A DNA stretch of 55,051 nucleotides from a virus (lineage: Duplodnaviria; Caudoviricetes), in IMG/VR virus record IMGVR_UViG_3300044262_000024, positions 1-55,051 of that record, one strand, 5' to 3'. Numbering within the stretch: position 1 is the first letter of the stretch; the number at the start of each line of letters is the position of its first letter. Under the pieces are notes generated by a model. It saw only the letters and a list, made by a program, of their open reading frames with translations. It was not told the DNA's origin and ran no database searches. Both the position numbers and the translations under genes were made by a program. Positions 42,327 through 51,959 of this stretch are shown piece after piece.

Positions 42327-43265
42327 ATGACTGAAGCAGCAAAAGACCTTAACCATTACCTGAACAATCTTGACGAGCTCGGTGACCTGAGCGACGACCA
42401 GATCGAGGCCCTGGCTAATCCCCAAGGGACAGCGACCGAAGCGACGCCGGCCGAGGACAAGGGCGATACCGAAAGTGCCGCAACGCCCGGCGGCACCGCA
42501 GACGTTCAGCCGAATGGTGATGAGCAGCAACCCGATGGAATCCTTGCCCGCGACGGCAAGCATGTAATCCCCTACAGCCGGCTGGAAGCCGCAGAGCAGC
42601 GCGCCCGGGATCTCGCCAAGCAATTGGAAGAGCTCTCGAACAAGCGGGCCGAAGGCCAGCCGGCAGGCGAGCAGGACGCGGCCACGACCGACAGTTTCCT
42701 CAGTGATGACGAACTGGACGAACTGGACCGCGACCTGCCCGCACTGGCGAAGGTGATTCGTGGGCAGCAGTCGCAACTTAGGGCGATGGCCGGCAAGGTT
42801 GAAGAGCTCAGTAAGGGACACGAAACCCAGCAGCAGCAGGAGGAAGCGGCGGCCACGCAGTCGTGGAATGAAGCACTGGATAAGAACCCCAAGGCGAAAT
42901 TCCTGGACGCAACGCTGCCGCTCGACGTTGGCCAGAAGTTCATCGACGTCACCGCTTCCCTGCATGACGATTGGGCGAACATGAGCCACGAAGCCCGCGC
43001 CGACGCCATCGTGCGGCAGTACGAGGCGGTTCATGGCGAGGTCAAGGTCACAGCCATTGCAGCAAAGCCGGGCAACACCCCCCCGGCGCCGGTCAAAGCA
43101 CCGGCAAAACCGGATGTGCCTGTCTCGATGGCCGGCATCCCGGGCGGTTCAGCGCCGCCGGTCGACGAGGCCGCAGCGTTACTGAGCAAGTCCGGGGCCG
43201 AACTGACGCATGACTTCATGGCCATGACGCCAGAGCAGATCGAGGCATCGCTCAACCGACTTTGA
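42327..43265 (+). CDS. Capsid scaffolding protein
   Basis: Acidic; DGKHVIPY.RL motif; sits between portal and capsid. Confidence 0.8.
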   Translation: MTEAAKDLNHYLNNLDELGDLSDDQIEALANPQGTATEATPAEDKGDTESAATPGGTADVQPNGDEQQPDGILARDGKHVIPYSRLEAAEQRARDLAKQLEELSNKRAEGQPAGEQDAATTDSFLSDDELDELDRDLPALAKVIRGQQSQLRAMAGKVEELSKGHETQQQQEEAAATQSWNEALDKNPKAKFLDATLPLDVGQKFIDVTASLHDDWANMSHEARADAIVRQYEAVHGEVKVTAIAAKPGNTPPAPVKAPAKPDVPVSMAGIPGGSAPPVDEAAALLSKSGAELTHDFMAMTPEQIEASLNRL

Positions 43266-43289
43266 GCAACCCACACACACCGATACCCA

Positions 43290-43313
43290 GCCGCCCTTGA
43301 GGCGGCTTTTTCA
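43290..43313 (+). terminator. Terminator-like hairpin
   Basis: AGCCGCC-cttga-GGCGGCT-TTTT. Confidence 0.65.
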
Positions 43314-43332
43314 TTTCTGAAAGGACTAAATC

Positions 43333-44649
43333 ATGCAAACCTCAGTTGCAGCAGGTTCCGACCAGGCCGCCGTTCTCTACGGTGCCGCGCTCTTCGCGCA
43401 GGCACAGAAGAAGGCCGGCACTTTCCGCAATATGACCGGCAAGAAGCCGACCATGGCCGAAGTCGAAGGCAAGATCGGCAAGCAACAGACCGATCCCGGC
43501 ATGCCGATCGTCGAAATCTACGATCTGGCGCACACCGCTGGCGAAACCGTGAAGATGGATTGCATCGACATCGTGACGCAGAAGCCGATCATGGGCAGCC
43601 GCAACGCTGAAGGCCGTGGCGCCGCGCTGTCGTTCAGCAACATGGACGTGTCGATCAACCAATGGACCTTCCCGGTCTCGGCTGGCGACAACATGAGCCA
43701 GCAGCGCACCCCGCACGAACTGCGCAAGCTGGCCCGCGCGACTGCTGTTGGCCTGGCTGCCCGCTACTTCGAGCAGCGCACGCTGGTTCATCTGGCCGGC
43801 GCGCGTGGCCAGGCTTCCGGCGCGGATTGGGTGATCCCGCTGCAGTACGCCGATGGCGCATCCAGTGGCGGCGATGCCGACTTCGCTGAGATCATGGTCA
43901 ACGACGTCAAGGCACCGACGTACAACCGCCATTTCATCGTCAACGGCAACGACATCGTTCAGGGCGGCACCACGGGTTCGCACGCGCTGCTGTCGATCGA
44001 CTCGGCCGACACGCTCAAGCTGACCCACCTGGACCAGTTGCGCAACGTCATCGACAACCTCGATCTGACCCTGCAGCCGGTGCAGATCTCCGACGACCCC
44101 GCGGCCGGCGACGATCCGATGTGGGTGATGCTGGTTCCGGCCAACGTCTACTCGGCACTGCTGCAGGAGGGCAGCCTGCGCGCGTTCCAGCAGAACGCCA
44201 TCAACCGGGCTTCGCTGGGCTCCAAGCACCCGCTGTTCCGTGGCGAGGTCGGCATGTGGAACGGCATCCTGGTGAAGAAGATCAACCGCGCCATCCGCTT
44301 CAACCCGAGCGATTACGTCAAGGTGATCGGCAGCGCCGAAGAGGCAGCGGGCACCGAGACCGCGATCCAGGTCAACACCGCCCTGACTTCCGGCTACGCG
44401 GTCGAGCGCTGCATCCTGATGGGTGCGCAGGCCTTGGCCAACGCCTATGGCAAGGATTCGAAGTCCGGCACGCACTATAGCTGGGCGGAGAATCCGCAGA
44501 ACTTCGGCCGCGAAATGGAATACGCCGTGTACGGCGTCGAGGGCTCGTCCAAGGTGCGTTTCAACGTGCCCAACGGCTCCGGCACCAAGGTTCCGACCGA
44601 CCATGGTGTGATCGTGCTGGACGTGGCTGCCAAGAAGGCTGTCGCCTGA
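43333..44649 (+). CDS. Major capsid protein (N4-gp56/DUF4043-like)
   Basis: 438 aa; PI...DL...AG..V..MSQQRTPHELR..HPLF.GE.G.WNGILV..GAQALA..D.GVI. Confidence 0.88.
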   Translation: MQTSVAAGSDQAAVLYGAALFAQAQKKAGTFRNMTGKKPTMAEVEGKIGKQQTDPGMPIVEIYDLAHTAGETVKMDCIDIVTQKPIMGSRNAEGRGAALSFSNMDVSINQWTFPVSAGDNMSQQRTPHELRKLARATAVGLAARYFEQRTLVHLAGARGQASGADWVIPLQYADGASSGGDADFAEIMVNDVKAPTYNRHFIVNGNDIVQGGTTGSHALLSIDSADTLKLTHLDQLRNVIDNLDLTLQPVQISDDPAAGDDPMWVMLVPANVYSALLQEGSLRAFQQNAINRASLGSKHPLFRGEVGMWNGILVKKINRAIRFNPSDYVKVIGSAEEAAGTETAIQVNTALTSGYAVERCILMGAQALANAYGKDSKSGTHYSWAENPQNFGREMEYAVYGVEGSSKVRFNVPNGSGTKVPTDHGVIVLDVAAKKAVA

Positions 44650-44710
44650 CGAATGAATAGCCCGGCCTAGCGCCGGGCGTTCTTCTCCACTTTTCTGAAA
44701 GGAAACCGAA

Positions 44711-45154
44711 ATGGGTACCAAAACCACCAGCAGCAAGAAGCCGATTGCCAGCCAGGCAAACAACTCCGTCCATTACGATCAGGTCTCCGTCACCAATGCC
44801 GACATCGATGCGGCAGACGTGATCCAGCCGGTGATGGTTCCGGGCGGCACTGTCGTGCACAAGGTCCGCACCAAGACCAGCGAACTGGACAGCAATGGCT
44901 CGCCGTCGCTGACCGCCAAGATCGGCTTTACCCCGGTCGACGGCAGCGCCGCGCCGTCCGGTGCCGATACCGCCGTCTCTGCCGACGCGGCCTGGGGCCA
45001 GAACGCCGAAGTGAAGTCGTATGACGTCATCCCGCCCTACGTGGTCGAGAAAGACTCCTACCTCAACATCGTCATCGGCACCGGCGCTGCCACCGAGGCC
45101 GCCACCGGCACGGTGTATGCCGTGGTCGAGGGCGAGGCGCGCGGCGTCAAGTAA
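44711..45154 (+). CDS. Putative capsid decoration/cement protein
   Basis: Beta-rich, 147 aa, directly after the capsid gene; strong SD. Confidence 0.6.
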   Translation: MGTKTTSSKKPIASQANNSVHYDQVSVTNADIDAADVIQPVMVPGGTVVHKVRTKTSELDSNGSPSLTAKIGFTPVDGSAAPSGADTAVSADAAWGQNAEVKSYDVIPPYVVEKDSYLNIVIGTGAATEAATGTVYAVVEGEARGVK

Positions 45155-45168
45155 TCGCCGGCTGTGAA

Positions 45169-45201
45169 CATGGGGCGGCTGCGGTCGCCCCATTTCTTTT
45201 T
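45169..45201 (+). terminator. Terminator-like hairpin
   Basis: ATGGGGCGGC-tgcg-GTCGCCCCAT-TTCTTTTT. Confidence 0.65.
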
Positions 45202-45211
45202 AAGGACACCA

Positions 45212-45979
45212 ATGAATAAGATCATCGGGATTCGTTACATCGGCAAGAAGGCCGCCAAGGTCGACACCATTTTCGGCACCGGCGCCGTCTGGTCTCAGGG
45301 CCAGGTGCACAACTTCGCCGCTTCGATGGCGACGCAACTGCTCAAGCACTCCGACAGCTTCGAAGAGGCGCCGGTCAGTGTCGACGGCGACACCTTCATG
45401 GGCGGCGGCAAGACCACGCGCAAAGAGGCGCCGGTCTCCGTCTACGCCAACCTCACCAACATGAGCGTCGATCAACTGGCGCTCTTTGCCCAGCGCGAGC
45501 TCAATCGCACCATCGACATCAAGGACCGCGACATCGATGCCATCCGTGCCGACGTGCACCGCCTGATGACCACCCGCAACATGGACGAAATCGCCGACGA
45601 GGCCAATGCGGGCAAGCCGCTCACCGATGGCGTGCCGTACACCATCCACGTCAGCGTGGCCGAACTCGATGCGCTGCAGGCTGGGCTGATTGTCGCCAAG
45701 CTGGTGCCGGCAGAAGTAGCCGACGAGATCCCGGAAGCCAACGACCCAGCGGAAGCCGGCGCAGGGTCTCCGCCTGACGACGCAGCTTCCGAAGCCAACG
45801 AAAAAACTGCCAGCAATCCGGCTCCTACGCTGGACGAACTGCTGGAAAGCCTGGACAAAGACGGGTTGCTGGCCTTTGCGATTCAGGAGAAGGTGCCCGG
45901 GCTCACCGCGCGCAATTCGGTCGAGACCATGCGCAACACGATCCGCGAAGCGCTGACCAGCAAGCCTGCGGCTGAATGA
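45212..45979 (+). CDS. Hypothetical virion-module protein
   Basis: IRYIG.K..K.D...GTG..W; AAGGA SD. Confidence 0.7.
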   Translation: MNKIIGIRYIGKKAAKVDTIFGTGAVWSQGQVHNFAASMATQLLKHSDSFEEAPVSVDGDTFMGGGKTTRKEAPVSVYANLTNMSVDQLALFAQRELNRTIDIKDRDIDAIRADVHRLMTTRNMDEIADEANAGKPLTDGVPYTIHVSVAELDALQAGLIVAKLVPAEVADEIPEANDPAEAGAGSPPDDAASEANEKTASNPAPTLDELLESLDKDGLLAFAIQEKVPGLTARNSVETMRNTIREALTSKPAAE

Positions 45980-46587
45980 GCACCGACCTGACCGACGTGC
46001 GGCCGTATGTGCTGCCGGACGTCGACAAATGCCCCATTCCGATCGTCGATCAGGCGATCAGGCAGGCAGCCATCCGCTTCTGTGCCGAGACCGGGGTGTG
46101 GCGCTATACCCATGCGACGCAGCCCGTTGTCGAGATCACCACGACCTACATCTTCGTGCCCCCCACCGGGGCCAAGGTCGAGCGCGTGCTCGCGGCCTGG
46201 CTCGATGGCCAGCCGCTGACGGTGAAGAACGCCACCGACATGCTGGGTGTTGTGGACTGGACGACCGAGACCGGCACGCCGACGTGCCTGGTCGTGCTGT
46301 CCGACAGCCAGTTCCGCGTCTATCCGCTGGGTGACGGCGACGTCGACATGGAGGTGACGCTGAAACCATCGCGTGCCGCCACCACGATCGACGACAACGT
46401 GTTCGAGGCGCACGTCGAGGCGATCGCATCCGGTGCGCTAGAGATCCTGATGGTCAAGCCGGGCAAGCCATGGAGCAATCCCGACCTGGCCGTGTACCAC
46501 AAAGGAAAGTTCGAGAAGGCCATCGACGACGCCGAAATCCGCGAATTCAGGCACGCGCCAATCCGCACGGCGCGGCCACCGCTTTAA
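45976..46587 (+). CDS. Head-to-tail adaptor-like protein
   Basis: V.P.V..CP......AIR.AAI.FC..T..W..L.PSR..IASGA..L...PGKPWS.P. Confidence 0.7.
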   Translation: MSTDLTDVRPYVLPDVDKCPIPIVDQAIRQAAIRFCAETGVWRYTHATQPVVEITTTYIFVPPTGAKVERVLAAWLDGQPLTVKNATDMLGVVDWTTETGTPTCLVVLSDSQFRVYPLGDGDVDMEVTLKPSRAATTIDDNVFEAHVEAIASGALEILMVKPGKPWSNPDLAVYHKGKFEKAIDDAEIREFRHAPIRTARPPL

Positions 46588-46603
46588 CTGAAAGGGGAAC
46601 ACC

Positions 46604-49099
46604 ATGCATGTAGCCATCATCAAGGCGCTGGTCGATACGAACGGGAAGGACATTTCCGGCAAGAGTGTGCCGATGCCGTCAGGCAGCTATCACCTTGTCA
46701 GCAAACTCGACCTGCTGTTTTTCCGGCAGCATCCTGATGTGTTCGAAGTCACGAACAGTGATCTTGATGTGAATTATCCGCTTACAGGGAAGACCGACGT
46801 CAAAGGCGCTACCGTGTTGCTGAGGTCGGATGGGGACGCGATCCGCACCCTGTTCGACCCAAGCACCCCCATCCTGATGATCGGCGGCGACCATCCCTAT
46901 TCACAGTGGATCGGAGACGCCACCCACGATGGCACGCTGGCCTACTACGAGGCCAACGGCATCAAGCCGTACATCGCCATCAACACCGACGCCGAAAGCG
47001 GGGAGAACAACCCCGGCGACACCGGGATGATGACGTGGGCCGAAGTTGCCACGATCAAGAACCGGGTCGAGTTTCAATCGCACGGCGCACGACACATCCA
47101 AGCGTGGTCAAAAATCAACACCGGGCTGAAGATTACCTACACCGGAGCGAATGCCACCGCGACCGTGTACTGCGACGGCACCAATCTTGTGCTGACCGAT
47201 TCCGGCGCGACCAATATCGCCCTGTCTGGAAAGACGCTGACGACTCTGGCGGCTGCTGTAAACGCCGTATCGGGATGGGCCTGCACGCTCGCTGGTGAAC
47301 TGACCGGAGACGAGAGTGCGGCCAACGTGCTGACCATCGCCAGCGGTAACGCCAAGAACGCCAAGACCCCGAACATCGCCCGCATGGCGACCGGGGGCGG
47401 TATCACCATCCGCTACAGCGGAACAGCCTACCGCAGCGCATGGGTGTGGCGTGCCACCAACTTGCTGATTCTGCACGGCGACGGCGTGCCCGTTGCCTGG
47501 ATCGACACCACCAACCCCAGCTATGACACGCTTGGTGATCTGGTGACGTACATCAACACGCTCACCGGCTGGACTGCCTACCTGTGCGACAACGACAACA
47601 GCGTGGCAGCCAATACCGACAACTACATCAGCGGCGGAGAGTCGTCGGCCAATTTGAAGCTGTCACGTTTTGTTGACTGCATCAACACCCGCGCAATCTT
47701 GACGGCTGGCCTGAGCAATCACTACATGATCCGCCGCCAACTGCTGCAAGCGAAGGCGCAGGCAGTGGCGAACGGGCTGGAGTTCAAGAATTTCAGCCAG
47801 TCGGGCGGCTCTGCGTGGCCCGAACTGTTCGCGGCACATGCTGACCTCCACGGGATTTTCCGGGGTAACGACCAGTGGGCGGTTCAGTATCAGCCGGGGC
47901 AGTTCCAGCTTGGACTTGTGCGCCACATGATGCCGCATTACAGCATCGGTGATGTCGAGGGCTATACGTCCGTTGGGCGCTGTGAAGCGATGATCGAGGC
48001 ACTGGCAGATTCTCCGGGATTCGCTCTGAACCTGCTCGCGCATGAAATCAACCCGGATGGCAGTACCGGGCAGACTTTCCTTGACGATATGCACGCCGGG
48101 GCTCTGACCGAGACCTATTGGGCCGCGCTGGTCGCCAAGATCAAAGCCAAGCAGGACGCCGGTGAAATCCTGGTGCTAACGCCGGAGGAGGCGCGAAAGC
48201 TCATCCCGCAGTCGCGCGCATTCAACAAGCTGTTCAACGCGCGCCTGAAGAACAGCGGCGAGGCGCTGACAGGTGTCAGCAATGACGCCGGCGTGGTTAT
48301 CCCCGGCTGGAACTTAAATACCCCGGCACAGTTTACGGCGGTGTCCGTCACGGATGGGGCGCTCTCGCTTGCCAGTAACGCGACCACCCTACAGGCACCG
48401 CTGAAGCAGTACGTGTTTCTCAAGCCGGGTAAGACCTATCGTTTCATGATGCACATCGACGAAATCACGGTGTCATCCGGTAGCGGTGTGCAGTTGTCGC
48501 TGGCGCGTGCGGTCAACAAACTGGCGATGGACGCCTCGCCAGCTTCCTCACAGACCGCCTTCACGACGTATGCCACAACGGCGGGAATGCTGGAGATGCT
48601 GGTATCCGTTCCCGTTGAAGAAGTGCAGCGGGCCTATGTGCGCAGCCTGAATGCCCAAACTTACGACCTGTCCACGAACACCAATATCCGGGTCAACATC
48701 GACGGCAAAGGGCTGACCGCAGACATCAACTGCGCAGGCGCAACGCCAGCCGCCACCACGGCGAAAGAAGTCGCAACTGCGATCAATGCCGCACTGGCCG
48801 CGAACGCGAGTTACCCCGCCGAGTACCACAACTGCGCAAGGGCCGAGAACGGGCGGGTGATCATCGAATCACCGTATGCGTATGCGTCAGGCGCTCCTGA
48901 CACCTACCAGATCATCGTCGATCAGGGCAGCGCGAATGATGCCTACAGCGCAATCTTCGGCAGTGTGGTGCAGGATGGCAAAAGCCTTGGCAAGAACGCG
49001 ACCGCGCTGCCCGACAACACTTCGTGGTGGCTGTTCGGGGTGAACGTGGCGCTGTCCGGGAGCGTGAAGGTGTCAGGTTTAACCTGCGAAGAGTTGTGA
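46604..49099 (+). CDS. Polysaccharide-deacetylase (CE4/NodB)-like virion protein with a large insertion and a CBM-like domain
   Basis: GIK..IAIN, MMTWAEVA.I...EFQSHG..H, later L.AHEI..VLT; 831 aa. Confidence 0.6.
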   Translation: MHVAIIKALVDTNGKDISGKSVPMPSGSYHLVSKLDLLFFRQHPDVFEVTNSDLDVNYPLTGKTDVKGATVLLRSDGDAIRTLFDPSTPILMIGGDHPYSQWIGDATHDGTLAYYEANGIKPYIAINTDAESGENNPGDTGMMTWAEVATIKNRVEFQSHGARHIQAWSKINTGLKITYTGANATATVYCDGTNLVLTDSGATNIALSGKTLTTLAAAVNAVSGWACTLAGELTGDESAANVLTIASGNAKNAKTPNIARMATGGGITIRYSGTAYRSAWVWRATNLLILHGDGVPVAWIDTTNPSYDTLGDLVTYINTLTGWTAYLCDNDNSVAANTDNYISGGESSANLKLSRFVDCINTRAILTAGLSNHYMIRRQLLQAKAQAVANGLEFKNFSQSGGSAWPELFAAHADLHGIFRGNDQWAVQYQPGQFQLGLVRHMMPHYSIGDVEGYTSVGRCEAMIEALADSPGFALNLLAHEINPDGSTGQTFLDDMHAGALTETYWAALVAKIKAKQDAGEILVLTPEEARKLIPQSRAFNKLFNARLKNSGEALTGVSNDAGVVIPGWNLNTPAQFTAVSVTDGALSLASNATTLQAPLKQYVFLKPGKTYRFMMHIDEITVSSGSGVQLSLARAVNKLAMDASPASSQTAFTTYATTAGMLEMLVSVPVEEVQRAYVRSLNAQTYDLSTNTNIRVNIDGKGLTADINCAGATPAATTAKEVATAINAALAANASYPAEYHNCARAENGRVIIESPYAYASGAPDTYQIIVDQGSANDAYSAIFGSVVQDGKSLGKNATALPDNTSWWLFGVNVALSGSVKVSGLTCEEL

Positions 49100-49125
49100 T
49101 CGCTTTCAACCCATGACCACAACCA

Positions 49126-49150
49126 AGCCGCCTGACCAGCGGCTTTTTCC
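49126..49150 (+). terminator. Terminator-like hairpin
   Basis: AAGCCGC-ctgacca-GCGGCTT-TTT. Confidence 0.6.
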
Positions 49151-49168
49151 ATTCTGGAGCCCTGACAC

Positions 49169-49756
49169 ATGGCCGGACTGACGCTTGCCACCCCAATCGC
49201 CACGGCGCGCGGGATCCTCAACGATCCAGACGCCGTGCACTATTCGGCGGCCGACCTGCTGCAGTACGCCAACGACTGCCTCGATGTGCTGGTGACGCTG
49301 CTGCCGCAACTGTTCTACGAGGAGTCCGAGCACACCTGCGCTGCGGGCGCCGAGCAGGCGCTATCGTTTGATTCGGCCCTCCAGCTTGTCGATGTGCCGC
49401 GCATCAAGAACGGCGGCGTCGTGTTGCCGGGCGATCGCGCCGCGCTCGATGCGTTCGACCCGGCCTGGCGCAGCGGTACCCCTGGCGACGCTGTCAACTG
49501 GATGCGGGTCAACGATGACGACCCGCTCCGCTTCCTGGTCTATCCGCCAGCGTCTGACGGGCAGATCCTAAATACCAAAATCGTGAGCATTCCTGCCGAG
49601 TACACCATCAGCCAGGACACAGGTCTCCCGATGGTGCTGGCGGATGCCATAACCGACTACATCGTGCACCGCGCCGAGAGCCGCGACGACGAGCACATCA
49701 ACAGCAACCGAGCGGCGCAGTTTCAGGCCAGCTTTGTAGCGAAAGTGAAGGGGTAA
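49169..49756 (+). CDS. Second adaptor-like protein (DUF6682-like)
   Basis: ARGILND....YS...LL.Y.ND..LD.F.P.W..F.VYPP..DY...RA.S.D.E. Confidence 0.7.
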   Translation: MAGLTLATPIATARGILNDPDAVHYSAADLLQYANDCLDVLVTLLPQLFYEESEHTCAAGAEQALSFDSALQLVDVPRIKNGGVVLPGDRAALDAFDPAWRSGTPGDAVNWMRVNDDDPLRFLVYPPASDGQILNTKIVSIPAEYTISQDTGLPMVLADAITDYIVHRAESRDDEHINSNRAAQFQASFVAKVKG

Positions 49757-49759
49757 CGC

Positions 49760-51430
49760 GTGGGCAGCCAATTATTCAAGAATTTCGCGCATTCCACTTT
49801 GGCGGCGTCGCTGGCGACTGGTGCCACCAGTATGTCGGTGCCGACAGGTGAGGGGCTGCGCTTCCCGGCGATCACCGGCAGCGATTACTTCCTGCTGGTG
49901 CTGCAGGACGCGACCCACACCGAAGTGATTAAAGTCACCGCGCGCACCGGCGACAGCATGACGATCGAGCGCGAGCAAGAGGGCACCACGTCCCCGGCGA
50001 CGTTCGCAACCGGCACGATCGTCTCGTTGCGGCTGACGGCCGCCACGCTGGAGTCCGCGATGAATTTGGCTACGGCCCACATCGCCGACGCGGCCGCTGC
50101 GCACGCCGCCAGCGCGATCAGCAATGCGCCCAGCGGAAACCTGGCGGCGACGGACCTGCAGGGGGCGGTCGACGAGCTGCAGACCGAGATCGACGGGATA
50201 CAAAACGACCTCACCGCTGCGGAGGCGAGCATTGCGGCGGTCGATCCCGTGTTGGTCGGGACGGTGGCGCTGGCCATGAGCGGGAACGCCGCCCTGCAGC
50301 CGCCGGAATACGCTCCGGCCAACGGATCGGTGCAGTCAAGCACCGGAGATTACGCGGCGCTATACGCCAAATATGGGCGGGCGTTCACCGTTGAAGGTCT
50401 CGCCACGTACCCGGCAAGTGAAGCAGCGGTTCCGCAGGTACCGCCTATCGGCGGGCAGATGGCCATGTCCGACGCGCTACCCACCGCGGCCCGCGGGCAC
50501 GCCGCAGTTACGTTGTCAGACGGTCGGGTGCTGGTGGTCGGCGGGTACAGCGGCACCACCTATCTGAACAGCACCTATTTCGGCACGCCTGAGAGCACAG
50601 CGGGCTACGGCTCCAACGGCATTACATGGGCGGCCGGGACTGCGCTGCCCGCTGCCAAGTACGGCCACACGCTGACGCTGCTTGACGATGGACGGGTGCT
50701 GGCGACAGGCGGCATTGTATCGGCCGGAAGCTACGTCACGACGACCTACTTCGGCACCATTTCAGGCAACACGATCACCTGGGTAGCCGGCAGTGCGCTG
50801 CCCCGCGCGATCATGGAGCACGCGATGGTGCAGTTGTCGGACGGGCGCTTGCTGCTGACCGGTGGATACGATGGGGCGAACGCGCGGGCGGAAACCTATT
50901 TCGGCACAATCGCCGGAAATACGATTACCTGGGCTGCCGGGACAAGCATGCCGGGAGGCCGCTATGGACACTCGTTGGCGGTTGAGTATCTGGGCCGTTA
51001 CGATCCGTGGATGGCCGGCGGACTCACCACGGCGGTCGGCGGCTACACCGACAAGACCTATCAACTCAGCATATCCGGCAATGCCATCACCTACAACGAA
51101 ACCACCAAGCTACCCATTCCGCTCGGGTATCACCGTGTCGTCGTGCTGCGCGAACAGGCCAACGATAACCTTGGCCTAATCATGCTGATAGGCGGCGCGT
51201 CCACGTCTGACATGACTGGACGGGCGTGGGTCGGCGTGCGGCCGAGTGTCTTTTTCGGCGCGACGATGTGGGCTGAAGCATCCCCGTTGCTGTGGCCCAA
51301 GGCGTTGCACGCTGCGGTGAGGTTGAACGACGACCGTGTGCTCGTAGTCGGCGGCTACCTTGGCGGCACCAGCGAGACCGTTGACGACTGCAATATCGCC
51401 ACCCTCCTGAAATTCAAGGTGAAACTATGA
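49760..51430 (+). CDS. Tail fibre/receptor-binding protein with a Kelch beta-propeller
   Basis: N-terminal anchor (F.N.A.STLA..EVIKVTAR.GD..TI.R.QEGT); repeats R.GH....L.DGRVL..GG. Confidence 0.75.
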   Translation: MGSQLFKNFAHSTLAASLATGATSMSVPTGEGLRFPAITGSDYFLLVLQDATHTEVIKVTARTGDSMTIEREQEGTTSPATFATGTIVSLRLTAATLESAMNLATAHIADAAAAHAASAISNAPSGNLAATDLQGAVDELQTEIDGIQNDLTAAEASIAAVDPVLVGTVALAMSGNAALQPPEYAPANGSVQSSTGDYAALYAKYGRAFTVEGLATYPASEAAVPQVPPIGGQMAMSDALPTAARGHAAVTLSDGRVLVVGGYSGTTYLNSTYFGTPESTAGYGSNGITWAAGTALPAAKYGHTLTLLDDGRVLATGGIVSAGSYVTTTYFGTISGNTITWVAGSALPRAIMEHAMVQLSDGRLLLTGGYDGANARAETYFGTIAGNTITWAAGTSMPGGRYGHSLAVEYLGRYDPWMAGGLTTAVGGYTDKTYQLSISGNAITYNETTKLPIPLGYHRVVVLREQANDNLGLIMLIGGASTSDMTGRAWVGVRPSVFFGATMWAEASPLLWPKALHAAVRLNDDRVLVVGGYLGGTSETVDDCNIATLLKFKVKL

Positions 51431-51954
51431 CGACCTATTCCTACGTGGGTGAAGTGCTGTACATGGACGGCGAGGCTGTTCTGCTGGTCGAGGGCGCGAC
51501 GCCGGAGCAGATGGCAGCACTGGTACTGGATTACCAGGCGTCAGCCGACGCACCGAAGATCGATCCGCTGCTGGCCAGGGCGCGGCACGTCGCCAAACAG
51601 GACATCGAGGGCGCCCGCGATACCACGCTCGACAACGGCGTGACATGGAACGGCAAGCGGTGGTACGCCGATCAGGTATTTCAGAACCAGATCACATCGT
51701 ATATCGTCGGCTTCCTCTGCGGGGTATTGCAGCCCGGGGCCACGGTTCCAGTGCGCGCAATGGACAAGACCGTGAACCAGTTGACGTTTGACGACCTCAA
51801 GGCCCTTTCACCCGTATTGATGGCGCATGTGCAGCAGGCGTATGGCGGTAGCTGGGTAGAGAAATCCACGGTCGAGGCGCTTGGACCCGATGCGCTGGTC
51901 GATCTTGGCTACGGCCCGAGCGCGACCAAGCGGGCGCTGAAGGGTAACGGGTAA
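51427..51954 (+). CDS. Tail fibre assembly protein (DUF4376-like)
   Basis: I...RD.....GV.WNG....AD..R..D.....L...DL.AL; follows the fibre gene. Confidence 0.7.
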   Translation: MTTYSYVGEVLYMDGEAVLLVEGATPEQMAALVLDYQASADAPKIDPLLARARHVAKQDIEGARDTTLDNGVTWNGKRWYADQVFQNQITSYIVGFLCGVLQPGATVPVRAMDKTVNQLTFDDLKALSPVLMAHVQQAYGGSWVEKSTVEALGPDALVDLGYGPSATKRALKGNG

Positions 51955-51959
51955 CACCC

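Noticed and set aside
37407-44763. Long antisense ORFs over terL, portal and capsid genes
   Set aside because: Shadow frames of strongly codon-biased structural genes
49760-51430. Diversity-generating retroelement target
   Set aside because: No reverse transcriptase and no adenine-mismatched TR/VR pair seen; the repeats are Kelch blades
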